Below are positions 60,682 to 64,000 of a DNA stretch of 64,000 bases, piece after piece (position 1 is the first letter of the stretch; every line of letters begins with the position of its first letter). The translations under genes were made by a program, and so were the position numbers. The notes beneath the pieces are model-generated. The model saw only the letters and a list, made by a program, of their open reading frames with translations. It was not told where the DNA came from and did not search any database. Origin of the DNA: Lingula anatina (taxonomy: Eukaryota > Animalia > Brachiopoda). The stretch is from positions 14,260,001 through 14,324,000 of the forward strand of contig CM120642.1 in the NCBI GenBank assembly GCA_051362555.1. The letters are read 5' to 3'.

Positions 60682-63464
60682 AGCAGGCACTGGAAGTTAA
60701 AATTAAAAAAATATCAATACAACAGGTTTGAAACCAATGTTTTGAATGAATGAATAATAAAGGTGAACTTGACTTCGTGCATGAATGAAATGTATGGAAA
60801 GCAAGATCAGATTTTGTTACAAGTATTTCACATCAATCGTTAACCCCCTGAAGAATCTAAAGCAGGGCACTGTACACAACTTGTGGTAAATATTACTTTT
60901 TAAAAATGCTTACCTGAAATTGTATAACGGTCATTTCAAATGAGCGTGTAGTCACATTACCAGATGGGTCAGCTACTTTAAGTAGGACAGTTACAAATGG
61001 CGTGTTCAAGTTCCTACAGCCATCTGAACTCATGGCAACTCCTAGCTTCCATTGAAAATCTATTAACTAAAACAAGAACAACAGAAAAGGTTGTACTGCT
61101 AGTAACCTGTTTGACAAAATTTAACAATTTATAAATTTTACTGTAAAGGATATTTTCTATAAATCCTTTTTTTTCTTCAAATAGTTTTGTATATAAAAAA
61201 GCACTGATATAGCTATACATTTTTACATATTTAATTTGAATGCTTTTCATCTATTTATTAATTTTTTTTTTTTTTTTTTGCAATATCATTTTTAAAAAAA
61301 TTTAACACCATTTACAGGATATACGGCGGATATACCATCTTTTAAAAATATCTCAACTTTGCACATGGATTTGTTTGTAATCATCTGTGGCAATGACATT
61401 ATGAAAACATTTTCCTACAATTGGACAATAAAAAATTAATATGCCTATGACCTTTGTTAAAAATTTACTGAAGATCCAAAGCAGTAATTTGTCAAACTAG
61501 AAAAATTACTTAATTTGATTTGTCTAATCAAAATATTCAACAGTTCTTTTAAATTTTGTAAGTAATTCAGCTCATAAGATAAAAAGATAATTAAGCAATC
61601 ACATACAAAAAGATCATCAAACACAATAATGTAAAGGTGTTCACCAGATGTACTCTGATCAATTTATAAATGAGAATTTTAGATGAAATTTCAGCAGTGA
61701 TTAAAGGAGAATTATTAAGCCTTGGAGTAACATGTTTTACACCACATTCAAAGGTATCATTCTTCTCTCTTATTGTTGCGATGGGTACATGTGCATGCAA
61801 TGAAGGTGTAAATAAATAATCCAAATATAAAATTAAAAAGAAGTCTTTGTTCATCCACCCACCTCTGAATATGAGACAGCTTTACTCAACTGAAATGCAT
61901 AACTTTGATGAACGACTTTCACCTTTTTGGAAGACATGATCAAACACACACACTTTCAATACAATATTTTACAAAAGCATCTGCTAAATGCATCCTTTTT
62001 TTTCTTTTAAAATGACAGTTTCAACAAACTAACAGTAAAAAGACTTGGCAAACACTGTAAATATTGAACATTTGTATCAATGTCATGTACAAATAGCTTG
62101 GAATTACATACCTGTCCAACATTTATTAGCTGGTTAGCTTGGTCCACAGCAAACAGCAGTTTACCCTGAAGTTGAGGATAAAAAAGTCCATAGAAAAGGT
62201 TCATGTGTCTGTTACAGATTCTTGATATGTAAAGATGCACATATTTTGTGATGAGGCAATGGATATGAATGGCATACACACTTAGTGAGGAAATACCTGT
62301 ACATGTAAACTCTGATAGAGACAAAGATAAAAATATTCTATTCATTGTTGAGATAGATCCTGAGTTGATACAGTTAACAGGAATGTAGCGATGAACACTG
62401 ACATAATTCGTTTAAGAAAAAAAAAAGCGTATCATAAATATACAAAACAGAAATACTAAAATATCACAAAGTGTGTGTGTGTGTGTCCCAAACCTTCCTA
62501 GTGTGTAGCAGATAGAATTAAAATTTTAACCTGCTGGTTCCATATATGTTTTAACGTTGCCTGTGCACTCTCACTGAAGGCCGAGCTGCTTTGTAGCTGT
62601 GATGTTAACTCTGCTGTACTGTACTTCAATCTGGCAGCAGTTCTTCATGTAAGAGAAAAGAGATAATTTAAAATTGCGTTTGGTGATCTCAACAACAGCA
62701 ATTGTATTGTAAGTTCCTCAATTCAACAAAGAGATAAAGCAAGAATATATAGTACTACGTAACAATAGGCATGATTTAGTAAGAAATTTAGCCTTGTATT
62801 GGTATCCATAGTTACTAAAGTAAAACAAAACAGAAAGATTCTCATTGAAATATACTGTATTTTCTAGCAATCATTTACCTAAATAAATAGGTAAGTGCAT
62901 TCACGGAACTTTGTATGGCTTTTTCAGTGAGTGCTTCATTTTCAACCAATGACTTCTGAAAAAAACAAACCAAAATGTTATTCACCAGCTTTACATGACA
63001 AGAGGCCTTGAGAGAAATTTTAAATGCTGTATCAAAGTCATAGAAGTTTTTTTTTTCAGCTTGATTTATGCCATAAAAGCAGTAATAACTTTAAAAAAGT
63101 AAACATACTTACATTGTGTAGTGCTTTTACATTAATACTGCCAATTTTATACTGTAAGAACTGCATGACTTCATGGCACTAAATAAAAAGTTACAGGTCA
63201 AATTTCAGGAATTTCAACATTTCAAAAATATGATTTTAGAACACAAAAATTCACTGAAATGTTACTTCAACTTTTAAGTATAGTACTTTGTCTTTCGATA
63301 TCTTATAAGTGAAAGTTCGCCTTGTGACTGTCTAACTTTACCCAAAATAGTTTTTTTCTTAAATATTGAGTTTTTAAAAAGATCTATATAATTGTTGACA
63401 CTTACCATTTCTGCCAGTACATCTTGTGGCAGTTTATTGATTATTTCCACTGCTCCATAGAAGC
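60426..63464 (-). CDS. COMMD6: COMM domain-containing protein 6, long form, 5' end unresolved
   Basis: Minus-strand exons 63464-63406 (GFYGAVEIINKLPQDVLAEM), 63178-63113 (CHEVMQFLQYKIGSINVKALHN), 62955-62879 (KSLVENEALTEKAIQSSVNALTYLFR), 62642-62531 (TAARLKYS...KHIWNQQ), 62165-62112 (GKLLFAVDQANQLINVGQ), 61066-60914 (LIDFQWKLGVAMSSDGCRNLNTPFVTVLLKVADPSGNVTTRSFEMTVIQFQ) and 60476-60426 (NFSKQIKEMAAVLESV*). All are GT-AG, phase-consistent and stop-free. The last two match the recalled human COMMD6 COMM domain (LVDFQWKLG.A.SSD.CR...KVAD.SG...FEMT..QFQNF..Q.KE.AAV.E.V). Confidence 0.92.
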
Positions 63465-63779
63465 CTTAACAGGAATTAAAAGAATGCAATATTAGAATCA
63501 CATGAGGCAAATATTGTTATAGTAGGGTTTGATACTTAATTGGGGCATATATGGTCTTACTATTAATTTAATGCACTGTCTGATAAAAATTAACGTAAAT
63601 TAATGTTTGTTTGTTTTTTCGTAACAAAATTAATGAATGGAATATTTTCGTTACTGGTGATACTGTAAAGGTACATTTATATGTTATGATGGTGTGACTT
63701 GTTAACTTAGCTCATGAGTCAATTAAATGAAAATAACGTCTCAGTAATTGTATTCTACCAAGATATCAATAAAATGAAC

Positions 63780-64000
63780 CTGCGCGGTGTATCCGGTATT
63801 GTTGATGGGAGAAGCTGTTATTGTAACTTGTGTCTTACCACTACTGTTAGTGGTGTCCGCGTATATATTAAATACCAATACAAGTTATAGTACTAGTACA
63901 GTACTACTACTGGACCGGTAGTAGGCGCGGGTACATGCGAATTCTGCCTTAAATAGGAAAAAATACCCTCCTCGACGTCATAACCAACTAGGAAACATTC
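63780..64000. promoter_or_regulatory. CpG-retaining segment at the 5' end of COMMD6
   Basis: Local excess of CG dinucleotides (gcgcgg, ccgcgt, ggcgcggg, cgacgtca) relative to the CpG-poor window, at the expected 5' end of the minus-strand gene. Confidence 0.4.

Noticed and set aside
62007-62345. 112-aa minus-strand ORF as a separate gene
   Set aside because: Only 62165-62112 is coding (a COMMD6 exon). The rest is intron read-through.

Overview
AT-rich, intron-rich animal genomic DNA, most likely from an invertebrate bilaterian (taxon not determinable from sequence alone). Most ORFs in the supplied track are spurious. Three genes can be assembled by hand from GT-AG splice sites. (1) A + strand MICU2/MICU3-family mitochondrial calcium-uniporter regulator spans at least 10435-58226. 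It has nine phase-consistent core exons, two canonical EF-hand loops and the C-terminal Cys helix, and its N-terminal exon(s) were not found. (2) An intronless six-bladed NHL-repeat ORF (55395-56345) is nested on the SAME strand inside the penultimate MICU intron, with a regularly spaced E-box array plus TATA upstream and its own AATAAA downstream. (3) A - strand COMMD6 gene (60426-63464+) encodes the long form with an N-terminal helical domain and converges tail-to-tail on MICU. The most interesting structure is the 10.7-kb interval after the EF-hand-1 exon. It holds four candidate phase-0/0 exons that each complete the EF-hand exit helix (two begin with LQRV), a candidate 14-nt poison micro-exon and a dozen TGCATG motifs, suggesting a regulated splicing switch. 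The introns also carry several MITE-like inverted-repeat elements (three with 3-bp TNA target duplications), local tandem duplications and microsatellites. All protein family assignments are from recalled family motifs, not database searches.
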